A DNA stretch of 64,000 bases from Bacteroidales bacterium UBA1184 (GCA_002310235.1 DBYO01000024.1:25246-89245); one strand, 5' to 3'; counted from the first letter of the stretch, positions 9,983 through 22,100 are shown. Notes: generated from the letters alone by a model not told the origin. A program made the numbers and translations.

Positions 9983-11947
9983 TTATTCAATCACAATTTC
10001 ATAAACACGACCTTCGATATCGGACTTGTTGAACGGAATCAGTCCCTGCTCAAACACTATCGGTGGCCACCATTCCGAATAATGGTATTCCTGTGTTATG
10101 ATGCAGAGCATCTGATTGTTGGGAATCGACGTGACCTCATCGTTCATATACCCAACCACTTTCATATTGTCGGGCGAACTTCCCAATCGCCAGATAATTT
10201 CGGTGGGGCGCCATTCGATTTCGTAATAATAGTAGTCCTCGTTGAAAACATCGTTCGACATCGGGCTTTTGATAGTAAGTGCCTTGTACAAATCCGACCA
10301 ACGCATAGCCTCGTAAGTTGCCCCGTTGTAATTGATGTAATTTAATCCCGAAGCAAACTTCTTGGGCTGTGGGCAAGCCAAATCCCAGTTGGTACAGCAA
10401 TACATGATTTCATTATTGTGCATTGCATCGTCCTTTGGTGCTGGTTTATTATGGTAATACTGCTCAGGCCAGTACCTCGAAGCCTTAACTATCTCTATAT
10501 CAATCTCCGAATATTTGTTGAATGTCTCGCGCACAGGGTTTTCCGAGTCGTCGCCTTTGTCGATATAACCGCAGTTGTAGCAGCCACGGCGATTGTTCCA
10601 CGGATGATTATCCTGATATATCATCCAAAATGCATATGTAAGTCCGTTCCAAATATTGTGCTCGTTGAGCATTGACGGGAACTTTATCTTTCCACGATAT
10701 TTCCCGTATGTGAAGCCCAAACGCGTCTTTATGCCTGTCGATTCCTTTTTCATATTGTTGGCTTCGGAACCTGGGTTTACAATGCTTATATACTCGCCAT
10801 TTTCGGCAACTTTCACAGTGGAACACGGACTGTCGGTTATCTGCGGATAGTCCTGCAAGCGTTGCGAAGCAGGATATTTCTTGTCGCCATTCATATATTC
10901 CTCCAAAGTAAAATCGGAATTACCAATCACATCGCGCACTTCGGGGATATTGCGCAGCGTATATTGCTGGCTTACAGCAGGGAAAAACTGCTGATACAAT
11001 GCCTTCTGGTACAACGAATCGCTTGAACCACACTCGCTGCAAGAGGTGTCGATGGTGTATTCGGGCGTGCGGATGTTGAGCTCGTCAACAAAAACACCGT
11101 CCTTAGGTGTGATGACAGCCCTTGTTTTAAGCACTTTTTTGCTTTTTTCCACCACTATGTCTTCCGATTTGTTGTTGGCAAACCACTCGAAAGGATTTAC
11201 AAATTTGCCGTTTTCATCCGTAGCACCTATGTTTTTTATGTACTCGGGAATCTTAGCAAGACCTTTTTCGTTGCAAACTACAAGCATAAACGAATAGCAG
11301 CCCACGCGCGGGTTGCGTTTCCAACGGTGGTTTACATTCCCATCGGCATGGCGGTTGTTGGCAAGCACCCACTGAGCATCGAGAAACAACTGCTTATCAA
11401 CCGAATATCCGTTGTTTTTAGCTTTCTCCTTAATCGAAGCATACCATTCCGGCGAGCGCTTTATCATCTCTTCCGTCTTCTGTATCATCTCGTAGCTTGC
11501 AGTATTCTCCGTAATATCGCTGCCGTAATATATTTTCTCGTCGCGAGGATTGCCTACTATGCGAAAACTATCCTCAACCTTTTTTCCTTCGGAAATTTCC
11601 TTGAATCCAACAGAAACATCCTCCCAGCTTCCATAAAAATTCTCGCTACTCAACGAATCGCCTTCGGGGAACTTATAGGTTTCGTTTTGATAATAAATCT
11701 TATAGTACAACTTATCGCCATTCATCGACGGCACATCAAACGAAAATCTGAAGCCTCCGTCAGATGTCTGGCGCTCCGACGGCAACACAATACCATTAAG
11801 CACCACATCCTCCAAATCCATGTCAAGCGCAACAGTATCGTTTATCGAATCGAAATTTTCAATTGGATTGAAATTAAGAGTCTGACTGCTACACGACAAC
11901 AATACTGCCGAAACAGCAAATGATGCAAAAACAACCCAAAATCTCAT
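9983..11947 (-). CDS. Lipoprotein with glycoside hydrolase family 16-like catalytic domain
   Basis: Lipobox LLSCSS. The ExDxE motif EIDIE (nt 10493-10507) lies in the context KYSEIDIEIV, typical of GH16. Its ATG overlaps the ettA stop (TAATG). Confidence 0.6.
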   Translation of the reverse strand: MRFWVVFASFAVSAVLLSCSSQTLNFNPIENFDSINDTVALDMDLEDVVLNGIVLPSERQTSDGGFRFSFDVPSMNGDKLYYKIYYQNETYKFPEGDSLSSENFYGSWEDVSVGFKEISEGKKVEDSFRIVGNPRDEKIYYGSDITENTASYEMIQKTEEMIKRSPEWYASIKEKAKNNGYSVDKQLFLDAQWVLANNRHADGNVNHRWKRNPRVGCYSFMLVVCNEKGLAKIPEYIKNIGATDENGKFVNPFEWFANNKSEDIVVEKSKKVLKTRAVITPKDGVFVDELNIRTPEYTIDTSCSECGSSDSLYQKALYQQFFPAVSQQYTLRNIPEVRDVIGNSDFTLEEYMNGDKKYPASQRLQDYPQITDSPCSTVKVAENGEYISIVNPGSEANNMKKESTGIKTRLGFTYGKYRGKIKFPSMLNEHNIWNGLTYAFWMIYQDNHPWNNRRGCYNCGYIDKGDDSENPVRETFNKYSEIDIEIVKASRYWPEQYYHNKPAPKDDAMHNNEIMYCCTNWDLACPQPKKFASGLNYINYNGATYEAMRWSDLYKALTIKSPMSNDVFNEDYYYYEIEWRPTEIIWRLGSSPDNMKVVGYMNDEVTSIPNNQMLCIITQEYHYSEWWPPIVFEQGLIPFNKSDIEGRVYEIVIE

Positions 11948-13635
11948 TACTCCATCAATTTTCTGTACTTAATTCTGTGAGGATCGATGTCGCCCAAGCG
12001 CTTGCGCTTGTTCTCCTCGTATTCTGAGTATGATCCCTCGAAGAATACAACCTGCGAATCGCCTTCGAACGCCAAAATGTGAGTTGCAACACGGTCGAGG
12101 AACCAACGATCGTGGGTGATTACTACCGCGCAACCTGCAAAATCTTCCAAACCGTCTTCCAAAGCACGCAAGGTGTTTACATCAATATCGTTGGTAGGCT
12201 CATCAAGGAGCAATACGTTGGCTTCCGACTTCAATGTCAATGCCAGATGCAGACGGTTGCGCTCGCCACCCGACAGCACGCCGCACTTCTTTTCCTGGTC
12301 GGCACCACTGAAGTTGAAACGACCCACGTATGCACGCGCGTTAACCAACTTTCCTCCGAGCTGAACGAATTCTGCTCCTCCCGAAATTACCTCAAAAACG
12401 GTCTTTTCGGGGTCGATTGCTTCGTGAGCTTGGTCAACATAACCTATTTTTACAGTCTCGCCAATCTCGAAGCTTCCGCTGTCTGGCTGCACAAGTCCCA
12501 TCATCAAGCGGAAAAGCGTAGTCTTTCCTGCTCCGTTGGGACCAATAATACCGACGATTCCTGCAGGAGGTAGCGAGAAACTTAGGTTTTCGAACAACAA
12601 CTTGTCGCCGAATGCCTTGGTGATATTGTTGGCAACCAAAACCTTATCGCCCAGACGTGGTCCGTTGGGGATGAAGATTTCGAGTTTTTCTTCCTTCTGC
12701 TTTACATCCTCGTTAAGCATTCGGTCGTATGCCGACAGACGAGCTTTCGACTTGGTTCCACGCGCCTTTGGCGACATGCGCACCCACTCGAGCTCGCGTT
12801 CCAAAGTCTTGCGACGCTTCGAAGCAACTTTCTCCTCCATAGCCATTCGGGCGGTCTTCTGCTCCAACCACGACGAATAGTTGCCCTTCCACGGAATACC
12901 TTCGCCACGGTCGAGTTCGAGAATCCAACCGGCAACATTGTCGAGGAAGTAGCGGTCGTGAGTTACGCAGATTACTGTACCCTTATATTGCTGCAAGTGC
13001 TGTTCGAGCCAATGGATAGATTCGGCATCCAAGTGGTTGGTAGGCTCGTCGAGCAACAGGATATCGGGTTCGGTAAGCAATAGGCGGCATAATGCCACAC
13101 GACGGCGTTCGCCTCCCGAAAGGTGAGCTACCGACTCGTCGCCATCGGGACAACGCAAAGCATCCATGGCACGTTCGAGCTTCGAATCGATGTTCCAGGC
13201 GTCGGCGGCATCAATCTTGTCCTGCAGCTCGGCCTGACGGTTCATAAGTTTGTCCATCTTGTCAGGATCCTCGTAGTACTCGGGCAAACCGAACAAATCG
13301 TTTATCTCCTCGTACTCCTTAAGCATGGAGACTATTTCGTGTACGCCTTCTTCAACTATTTCCTTCACAGTCTTGCTGTTGTCGAGTTCCGGCTCCTGCG
13401 GTAGATAACCTACCGTGTATCCCGGAGAAAATGCAACTTCGCCCTCAAAAGCCTTGTCAACACCGGCGATTATTTTCAAGAGGGTGGATTTTCCCGAACC
13501 GTTGAGACCGATTATACCTATTTTCGCACCGTAGAAAAACGACAGGTAAATGTCCTTCAATATCTGCCTCTGCGGCGGAATCTTCTTGCTTACGTTGACC
13601 ATCGAAAAGATGATCTTGTTGTCTATATCACTCAT
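11947..13635 (-). CDS. ettA: Energy-dependent translational throttle protein EttA (ABC-F ATPase)
   Basis: Collinear by eye with E. coli EttA across its full length. Examples: DRYFLDNVAGWILELDRGEGIPW(K/E)GNYSSWLEQK, two Walker A sites, LSGGERRRVALCRLLL. Confidence 0.95.
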   Translation of the reverse strand: MSDIDNKIIFSMVNVSKKIPPQRQILKDIYLSFFYGAKIGIIGLNGSGKSTLLKIIAGVDKAFEGEVAFSPGYTVGYLPQEPELDNSKTVKEIVEEGVHEIVSMLKEYEEINDLFGLPEYYEDPDKMDKLMNRQAELQDKIDAADAWNIDSKLERAMDALRCPDGDESVAHLSGGERRRVALCRLLLTEPDILLLDEPTNHLDAESIHWLEQHLQQYKGTVICVTHDRYFLDNVAGWILELDRGEGIPWKGNYSSWLEQKTARMAMEEKVASKRRKTLERELEWVRMSPKARGTKSKARLSAYDRMLNEDVKQKEEKLEIFIPNGPRLGDKVLVANNITKAFGDKLLFENLSFSLPPAGIVGIIGPNGAGKTTLFRLMMGLVQPDSGSFEIGETVKIGYVDQAHEAIDPEKTVFEVISGGAEFVQLGGKLVNARAYVGRFNFSGADQEKKCGVLSGGERNRLHLALTLKSEANVLLLDEPTNDIDVNTLRALEDGLEDFAGCAVVITHDRWFLDRVATHILAFEGDSQVVFFEGSYSEYEENKRKRLGDIDPHRIKYRKLME

Positions 13636-13660
13636 GTTTATATTTTTACAAATGAAAGCA

Positions 13661-13668
13661 CAAAGATA
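13661..13668 (-). promoter_or_regulatory. Bacteroidetes -7 box (TAnnTTTG) upstream of ettA
   Basis: CAAAGATA on plus equals TATCTTTG on minus, 26 nt before the ettA ATG. Confidence 0.4.
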
Positions 13669-13700
13669 AGGAAAGATTCAAGAATTAGCTTCGATGATGC

Positions 13701-13821
13701 AAAAATTCAATAATTTAAAAATTCAAAGATTCAATAATTTAAAAATTCAAGGATTTGAGGGTTTGAAGATTTGAGGATTTGAGGATTTGAAGATTTGAGG
13801 ATTTGAGGGTTTGAGGATTTG
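13701..13821. repeat. 8-nt periodic tandem array (AAAATTCA/ATAATTTA grading into AGGATTTG/AAGATTTG units)
   Basis: Read directly: ...aaaattcaataatttaaaaattcaaagattcaataatttaaaaattcaaggatttgagggtttgaagatttgaggatttgaggatttgaagatttgagg... Confidence 0.9.
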
Positions 13822-13849
13822 CAGGGGATAATTTTAGGTTCCAAATCAC

Positions 13850-13905
13850 AAAGTCGCCCGAAAAAGTGTAAAGCAAGAAATAAAAGTCGCCCGAAAAAGT
13901 GTAAA
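13850..13905. repeat. Two identical 23-nt direct repeats at 33-nt spacing (AAAGTCGCCCGAAAAAGTGTAAA)
   Basis: Units at 13850-13872 and 13883-13905, 3' of the 374-aa ATPase gene. A plus-strand TATATTTG box follows at 13906-13913. Confidence 0.9.
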
Positions 13906-13952
13906 TATATTTGATTTTCAATGATTTACGAATACTCCTATTTGAGTATGCA

Positions 13953-15077
13953 TTATTTATACATTCTTTTAATCCACAATTCGAATAGTTTGTCGTAAAC
14001 GTTGTAAACATTTCGGTCCTGTGTGATGAAATCTTTTTCGAGAAGTCCCTTGGCTGCCGACAGAACAGAACTGGGCGACTGTAGCCTATGTTTCTTTACA
14101 AACTCTCCGCCCGATATGTTTTTTGCTTTACCATCCAATGCTATAGAAACAAGGAGGTCACGTTGCTTTTCGGGCATCTGGTACAAAATGGCTTCGTAGG
14201 TGTCTGACGAAAAATCAAGCAACTGCTCTATAGTGCTGTCAATCATATCAATAGTGCAAGTACCATTGGCTGGTGTCTTTACAAAAAGCAGGTTCATTAT
14301 GCGTTGCATATATGAGGTTATGCTGTCGAATTTTTCGTAAAGAGATGATATTACCTGCTTGTCGATGCTTTTGCCTGCTTCTTCGAAATGCTTGACAACG
14401 AACTCAGTGTATTTTTCAAGCGGGATTGGAGGAAGATTCATTATTGTTACTGACTGGAAAAAAGGTCGTGATGGCGATGCGAATATTGCACCCATAAGAT
14501 GTCGTTGCGAGCCAGAAAATATAAAGTGCGTGTTTGTACATTTTTGTATATAGGTGCGCAGTGTCGCTTCTATGTTTTTGTCGTTGTAGCGAGTGATTTG
14601 CTGAAATTCGTCAATTGCAACGAGGCATTTTTTGTCGGCAGATTCAAGATAACTGAAAATTTCGTCGAGCGAGACAGCAGGGTTTTCTATTTCGCCAATC
14701 CCTATGCTCCAGCTTGGATAGCCATTCATGTCGAATCCGATGTTATGCTTGAGAGACGAAACCGCGTTGATGAACTTTTCCCAGCTTTGGCGACCCTTGG
14801 ACTTTAGACCGTCGAGTACTGCCTTGCCCAAAAGGTTCACAAAATCGCGGACTGATGCCGTAGAATAAATGTCAACTATGAAGGTGTGGTACTTGTCACT
14901 TATTTCTGGCTGTGCGAAACAATGGTATATGAGGTCGGTCTTGCCGAGCCTGCGTGGAGAAATAAGTGCAAGGTTGTTCTCGTTTGTGAGCATCTGTACT
15001 ATGTTTTTTGTTTCTTTCTCCCTGTCGCAGAAATATTTAGATCCTGCATATCCGTTGGTTACAAATGGGTTATTCAT
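13953..15077 (-). CDS. Orphan ATP-binding protein (archaeal-type/STAND-like AAA ATPase with C-terminal wHTH-like region)
   Basis: Walker A SPRRLGKTDL and Walker B LVAIDEFQ. Length and layout resemble the multi-copy ATP-binding protein family of Bacteroidales. Confidence 0.7.
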   Translation of the reverse strand: MNNPFVTNGYAGSKYFCDREKETKNIVQMLTNENNLALISPRRLGKTDLIYHCFAQPEISDKYHTFIVDIYSTASVRDFVNLLGKAVLDGLKSKGRQSWEKFINAVSSLKHNIGFDMNGYPSWSIGIGEIENPAVSLDEIFSYLESADKKCLVAIDEFQQITRYNDKNIEATLRTYIQKCTNTHFIFSGSQRHLMGAIFASPSRPFFQSVTIMNLPPIPLEKYTEFVVKHFEEAGKSIDKQVISSLYEKFDSITSYMQRIMNLLFVKTPANGTCTIDMIDSTIEQLLDFSSDTYEAILYQMPEKQRDLLVSIALDGKAKNISGGEFVKKHRLQSPSSVLSAAKGLLEKDFITQDRNVYNVYDKLFELWIKRMYK

Positions 15078-15102
15078 AGTCTAAACATTTTGATTCACAA
15101 TG

Positions 15103-15110
15103 CAAAAGTA
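15103..15110 (-). promoter_or_regulatory. -7 box (TAnnTTTG) upstream of the 374-aa ATPase gene
   Basis: CAAAAGTA on plus equals TACTTTTG on minus, 26 nt before the ATG at 15077. Confidence 0.4.
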
Positions 15111-15128
15111 ATATTTTTTACATTTTCA

Positions 15129-15167
15129 TCATAAAATAATCATCAAAAAATGATGATTATTTTATGA
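15129..15167. repeat. Perfect 17-bp inverted repeat with A5 loop, just upstream of the ATPase -7 box (possible operator or hairpin)
   Basis: TCATAAAATAATCATCA-aaaaa-TGATGATTATTTTATGA. Confidence 0.85.
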
Positions 15168-15232
15168 TTATTACATAATGCATTGATAGACAATTTATTA
15201 CAACCGATTTTTATCTCTATTTATCTTGAAAT

Positions 15233-15339
15233 AACAACAGAGAACCGGCAATGCACCCTTGCAGTCATCGCGGAAGTCATGAGACTCAAGGTGATATGAA
15301 ATGAACCGATGAGAATCAGGCTGTCCGTGATCTCATACC
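15233..15339 (-). repeat. Conserved ~105-nt non-coding element, copy A (candidate structured RNA or MITE-like unit)
   Basis: The 76-nt core 15264-15339 differs at 2 positions from copy B. Conserved blocks on the minus strand: ATGAGATCACGGACAGCC ... CTTCCGCGATGAC. Confidence 0.85.
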
Positions 15340-15615
15340 TACAAAGAGATTTCATTCCGCTCAAGCCGCGGTGGCTTTTACTTTTTATTGGTAAAAAGTA
15401 AACAAAAACCATGTCCGCTGCGTCTGCTTCGCTAAAAATCAGCTGCTCTTCGCTAAAACGCAGGAACTTGTCTCCGTTTCACTCCGCCATCAAACAGCCT
15501 GCCTTTTTACGCTCCGTTTCGCCGATTTTCTTAACGCTCACCAGCCGATGCGGCAACCAAGGTATTGCTACGCAATGGTTTAATAAGTAATTATTGCTCC
15601 GTGAGATTACGTCAG

Positions 15616-15723
15616 AACAAACAGTGAACCGACAGTCCTCCCACACCGTCATCGCGGAAGCCATGAGACTCACGGTGATATGAAATGAACCGATGAGAAT
15701 CAGGCTGTCCGTGATCTCATACC
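15616..15723 (-). repeat. Conserved ~105-nt non-coding element, copy B
   Basis: Core at 15648-15723, 384 nt from copy A and in the same orientation. Confidence 0.85.
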
Positions 15724-15780
15724 AATAATGAGACAAGTAAAGCGTTCTTGCAATGCTCGAACGAAAAAGGTTTTACCACG

Positions 15781-15965
15781 AACCTTTAGCTCGGCGTAGC
15801 CACCCCTAGAAACTCAGAAACGGCGCCAGCCATAGAACGGCGAAGCCCTCAACGAAGTTAAACCCAGAAACGTGCGTAGCACATGAAACGGGCGAAGCCC
15901 ACAGAAACGGCGAAGCCATAGAAACTTAGAAACGGGCTTTAGCCCACGAAACGGGCTTTAGCCCC
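15781..15965. repeat. Degenerate tandem repeats of the GAAACGG(G)CGAAGCC / GAAACGGGCTTTAGCCC type
   Basis: Read directly: ...agaaacggcgccagccatagaacggcgaagccc...gaaacgggcgaagcccacagaaacggcgaagccatagaaacttagaaacgggctttagcccacgaaacgggctttagcccc. Confidence 0.8.
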
Positions 15966-16047
15966 AAAAAATGACACCCCCGAGGCGGGGAACCACGGAG
16001 GCATCACGTTCTATTTATTGTGTGTGTTAAACGAGGTTATGTATTCT

Positions 16048-16137
16048 AAATTTAAAAATTCAAAAATTTAAAAATTCAATGATTTAAAAATTCAATGATT
16101 TAAAAATTCAATGATTTAAAAATTCAAGAATTCAACG
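16048..16137. repeat. 16-nt (2x8) tandem array AAAATTCAATGATTTA immediately 3' of the giant gene
   Basis: At least three perfect ttaaaaattcaatgat units plus degenerate flanking units. Confidence 0.9.
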
Positions 16138-16142
16138 TTCAT

Positions 16143-19100
16143 TTATTGTTTTACGACTTTGCGGTTGATGACAAAGTCATTTGTTGCAACGCGTACCGTA
16201 TAGGTTGCCTCAGGCAAGCCGCCCAAATGCAATACCGTCTGGTAGCTGTTCTGCGGAGCATCGGCATCCTCGGTGTAAACAAGGCGACCAAGCACATCGT
16301 AAACATCGATGCGTGCCGGACGGTTGCTGAAGTTCTCGAGCTCTACCGTGAGTTCTCCGTTGAACGGGTTCGGGTAAGCCACAACCTCGGGTTCGCCAGA
16401 AGCCTCAACGCAGTTGGCAAGAACAATCTCCGATGCGGTGCGAGAGCCGTCGTAGTCGACCTGGACAAGGCGGTAGTAGTTATCGCCGCCACGTACACCG
16501 TAGTCGGTGTAGCTGTAGTCGATAGGCTCGATGCTATTGCCGGCTCCTGCAATACGTGCAACCTCGGTGAAGTTGATTGCATCGTCGGAACGTTCGAGCG
16601 AGAAGTAGTCATTGTTGCGTTCGCTAGCGGTAGTCCACTCAACGAGTGCCGACTTGCCGTTGCAGGTTGCGGTGAACGAAGTAAGCTCGATCGGCAATAC
16701 GGTATTATGGTCGGTTGAACCGAGGGTAATTATACCGTCGAAATTTCCAGCACGGGTGCGCGACAATGTCAGGATTTCACCCACGGTAATTGTTTGGTTC
16801 TCATTATCGAGCGATGCCGTACCTCCGATATTCTTCCAGCAGTCGTAGTGTGCTGCTGCAAAAATCTTATCGGCTTCACGACCTGAATAGTCCTGGTTGA
16901 AGTGTTCAAGCTGATTGCTAGCATCAACCTTGAGGGTTATGCTCGACAAGCTTGTGCTTGCACCAAGATTATCCATATCGACCTGCCAGTATTCGAAATT
17001 GCTTACGTGGTCAAGCTTAGGCAATCCATCGGCTTCGGGACACATATAGTTCTGGTTCCACCAATTTGGATATACATCAAGACCAAAACCAGCCTGACCT
17101 GTACCAGAAGCCCCTTCGTCACGCATGTGGTTGAACTTGACAGAAACGCCAGCATCGGTATTGGTTCCGATAGATGTTGCTATAGTTCCCAGCACACCAT
17201 CGGCACCTGTCGGGAAGGTAAATGCTCCGTTACCCTTCTTGGTTACGGTTCCATCGACATAGCTGTGGTAGCGTGCATTTGCATCGAAGATTGCACTTGA
17301 TCCGTCGTTGAAGAGAGCATTACCAGTAACGACACCATTCTTGAAGGTGGCAGTACCGTTGACGGTTATGCCGTTGGCAGCGGTTATTGTACCTGCTGAC
17401 GACTGGTCGAAGTTTACATTGTAGAATGCAAGCGGACCAGAATTGGTAATAGTCTGCAATGTTCCCTTGAACGCCACAGTACCTGCATTGCTGGTGAAAG
17501 TACCTGTATTGTTAAGGTCTCCGGCAAGGTTCAAAGTACCTGTGCTGCCGTCGAAAGTTCCTGAATTAACGAGGTCTCCTGCTACATCGATAGTACCCGT
17601 AGCTGTAATCGTACCGCTATTGTCGATATCCTGAGCAACCTCGAGATTTTTACCCGATGCAACTGTAACGCTAGCTCCACTACCGACAGTAAGGTTTTGT
17701 GCCTTGCCAGAAGTTTCTACGCTAGCCACCTGCGACATCTGTGCAGGCCAGCCTTTCCATACGCCTGAATTATGATTTCCATCCGAACATTGCGATGTTC
17801 CAATATAAACATTGGAAGATGATGTAGGCAATGTCGTACCACTTGATACCGAATATGTTCCGCTACCACTATTATATATATACCAGTTTGCAGCGGTATT
17901 CCAGTCGGTATTTGCCGCGCCACGCCATATGTAGTCGTAGTCGGTTGGCACATCTTCCGGCACCTTAATATCCACCACCTTGTGGAGAATACCACCGCAT
18001 CCAGCTGCATCGTACATCTCTACTCCAAATACATCGCTTGCCAGTTCCGGAGTTACGATAAGCTGAGTGATTGGATCGTGCGAATAAGGATATGTTGAAC
18101 CATTATGCATCCAACGTATATACTCAAGTGCTACCGGATTATTGCTTGCATCGTGTAGCGTGGCATCAAATTCAGCCTCCTCGCCCAAGCATATAACAGT
18201 CGGATCCAAATCTAGAATTGTAGGCTGTGTAACAGTATATGTGAATCCATTATCTTCGCTCCTACAGCCAAGATCGTCGATAAGCGTAAGGTTACAGCTA
18301 CGCAGCTCTCCAATAGTTACTGGAACTGAAGCAATATTTGCAATTGTAGGATGTATATAGAAGTCGGGACCTCCATTCGAATACACAAGATCATCGGTAG
18401 AAGTACCGCTACCAGGACAAACGCCAAGTTCTGTATTATCAAGACTTACAGTATATTTCCACGAATTGTCCTCAACTCCCTTCAAGGCTATCTCCCAGTT
18501 GAATATATAGCCGTTATCGTTTTCCCATGTGTCACATACCTGTATTTTCCAGTCACCATTAAGCTTGCAACCTACAAGGTTTTCGAAACCTTGCCAGGGC
18601 CTATAGAATCGGGTATGATTATCGACATCTGACTGCTCCACAACCATACTATTGGTGTCTCCTACCCTATGGTTCTGGGCATCCGTTACATATTCGTGAC
18701 CTGCATCATCGCCATAACTGTAATCATTATTGTTTGACCAGCAATAGTCAAATCCCTCTCCGAACGGATTGTACGCAGAATGACCTAAATGCTCATTTGA
18801 TATCCAGTCGTGCAAATTAGGTTTTCCAAACCCTAAAGAAGCCACTTTATGTTTACTCCATTCATAATTACCATAAGTATCACCTGTAGCAAGATTATTT
18901 GTATTATATTGATCTGCACTTTGATACCAGCCTTCGAACACATAATAAAATTCGCCATCACTAAAAGGCGCTGGGGTATTACCAGAATTTCTCATTCCTC
19001 TCAAATGTGCAAGCGCAGCATTATCCGACAATCCATCTTCGAAAGCAGTTGCCTCCTGCCTAACTCCTGTAGCGCTATAAGTACCGTCGACATATCTTAC

Positions 19101-22100
19101 AAATGTTCTCATAGCAACGCTTCCAATCTTATTACCGTCAGATACCCATTCTCCAGGACTTCCAGCATTTCCATATTTTCCATATGTTGCTTTACATTCT
19201 ATTATCTTATAATACCATTCATAAGTATCATCGTCAAGACCAGGAGGAGTAGCAGAAAAAGTATAATAATCCTGCAATATAACCACAGACTTTTCCTGTC
19301 CGGCAGGAGTCTTACAAATAAGCGAAATCTGCATGTCGCCAATATGGGAATGCTCCATATTTATGCGCACGTAGTCGATGTTTGAGGCATCGGTAATAAC
19401 AGTACTCTCCTTGAAGTCGGCAAAGGTAACTCTCGATTCATAACAATCACCAACTCCATCGGGAATGAAAGTTGTTTCGGCATGACCTTTTGTTGATTTA
19501 ATCTCAACCTGGTCGTTGTCGACTTCGATAATAGGCTCGGATACTACAGCAGGGTCACCGACGGTTATTTCCTTTGCCCTACCCACACATATATTTCCAA
19601 TATCCGGAGAATCGTCGTGCGTAACAAGGCCCTTCGACACGAATACGCGCAGAGGAATCTGCTCATGACAACCATTGTTTGCCGTTACAGTAAGCAGTAT
19701 GTCGTGACCTGTTGCATTTTCGACTGTATATGAGATACTGCCAGACGAGGATGTGAGATGGGCATTTCCGTCGTGGCGGTTAACATCCCACGAATAGGTA
19801 ATAGGCCGTGCGTTGGCAGGAATTCCATCCTTCTCTTCTACAGCAAGGGTAATCTCCGAACCCTTGCAAACATTAAATTTCTGAACACCGTTATCTGCCA
19901 CAACATTGCCTTCGTCATCTACCATGGAACCATCATTTGTGCCCTGCAGCGGTGTATTCTTTACTATATTCACATAGTCGCAGATAGTGTATTGCGCATA
20001 CAGGGTAATATCTTCGGTGAGCATTATTGATGCGCCTGGAGCATAAGTAGTTCCCGAGCCGTCCTGGGCTGTATTCCACGACAGGAATATACCGTCGCTA
20101 CACGAAGGTTCATCGCTCGATATTGTAGTTGGATAACCTTCTACACCATGGGTGGGAGGCATGGAGAAGGCTACACCACCAGTACAGTTTGCCGAAGTAT
20201 TGTAGGTGACGGTATGCAAGGTGCCTCCGTATATACAAAACTTGGTATTGGGGCGATAGGTATAATCTGTCATATTTGCAGACACCTCTTCTATATCATC
20301 ATTACTATAGTTATAACTATCGCTATAATATGAAATTACCGAATTAAAGCCTGTAGCAGTATATTTGAACTTATAATCCTGACCATGATATTCAGCAGAA
20401 TGATCATGAATAACGACCAACAGATTCTTAGTGTCGCTGTATACGAAAGGCTCGTCGAGTGTAAACGAGTTCCAGCCATTGGAACAGTTGAGCGGACCTG
20501 AATATACGAGATTGCTCCCAGATATGGCAGTAACCCAATCGCTTCCATCTGAAAATGACTCTTTGTTGGTCTCAACCATATATATATCTACATAATTCTT
20601 TTTGCTCATAGGCGTAGAATATGCATACTGGAATCCGATAGATGTTATTATACCTGCATCTAATCCGACTTCGGTACGCCTATACAGCATCTGCGTGTAT
20701 GAAAAGTTGTAATAATTGTTTAACGGCACCTTAAATGTTTCTGAACCTCCCGTACCTATTTTCGAGCAGTCGTCGGTAACCGTAACAGTAAACTCTGCCG
20801 TGCGGGCACAAAGGTCGGTATTGTCTGGTGTGTACTTTGCAATTATTACGGCACTTCCTTCGGCTACGCCTGTTATTATTCCTGCTGCACTTACAGTAGC
20901 TACATTGTCGTTGGACGAAACATACGACAATGCTCCAGGATATGTGGTTTGGTTGATACCATTGTTTACATATCCGCTTATGTCCAAGGTTGCAGGAGCA
21001 ACAATGCTACCCGATGTTGTTGTAAGCGTAAAAGTTCCAGGAATAGAAGTACACGCATGCTCTATACAGATATTGTCAATAACAACACTATAATACGAAC
21101 TGCTATTATACCACTTGAAGGCCAAGTATGCTCCCGACGGCATTGCTGCTGGAATTGTAAATTCATTCCGTCCTGTATATGAAGAACCACCATAATAATA
21201 TGAAGGAGTAGCAGTACCTATAGAAGTAAACGTAGATGCGTCGTTAGGATTTGTCATATAGCCGAATACCAATGTTCCACTGCTGGCATTTTCCCACCAT
21301 GCATTAAAACTTACCGCATCATTTTCCTGCAAGCCTTCAACATATGGAATTATAACATAGTTGCTATATCCAAAATAATCGTATTCATAATCCCAATCAT
21401 CATAATCATCGCCAGATGTGATGACTATTCCATTGCCATCCATAGCGAATGTTCCATTATATATGTGAGGAGCATAATTGGAATTATAATCTGCAACAGG
21501 TGTATGTCCAGAATTGCTATATAACCTCCTCCAGCAACTTGGCAGTCCTGCATCAATATTTATTTCATCCGTTGGCGATGCAAAACCATCGAAATCGAAG
21601 CAAACTGGAACCGTATATGGATTACACGAAACAGTTACATCGTATGTAACACTTGCTGGGCAGTAGTAAGTTCCTCCTACATGAGCAGCAGGAATATTTG
21701 CTGTAATAGTAGCAGAACCTTCGGTTACACCTGTTATGGCGACACCTGTGTTTGTCCCAGAAACCGTAGCAACCAAAGGATTGCTCGAAGTCCATGTTAC
21801 ATCGGTATTATTAGGATTAGTAAGAACCAAATTTACAGTAGCATCGACGGATACAGAACCCGATGCGGCAGGTAAAGATAATGCTGGTTCCGTACAGGGT
21901 GTACAGTTTGTAGTGTAACCTATATATGTTTGGGTATATCTATAAATTGAAATTGGGCTCTGCGAGGCACTTGCATAACAAGCGAATATTCCGTTTCCAT
22001 TATTATACTGCATCACCTTACGGCTATTTGTTCCTTGTGCCGTTATGGTTGCCGTACCACTTGATATGCTTATCACCCAACTTCCGTTGGCATCATTTAC

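Noticed and set aside
13739-14011. 90-aa minus-strand ORF ending in ...LKSSNLQILKSSNLQTLKSLNF
   Set aside because: It is a translation of the 8-nt tandem array and overlaps the 3' end of the ATPase gene. It is a low-complexity artefact.
15221-15736. Two minus-strand ORFs (63 and 85 aa) sharing the peptide YEITDSLILIGSFHIT, which looked like a duplicated small gene
   Set aside because: The similarity comes from the repeated ~105-nt element. In the third copy (25225-25310) the two conserved nucleotide blocks are in different relative frames, and the few A/B differences are non-synonymous. The conservation is therefore at DNA/RNA level.
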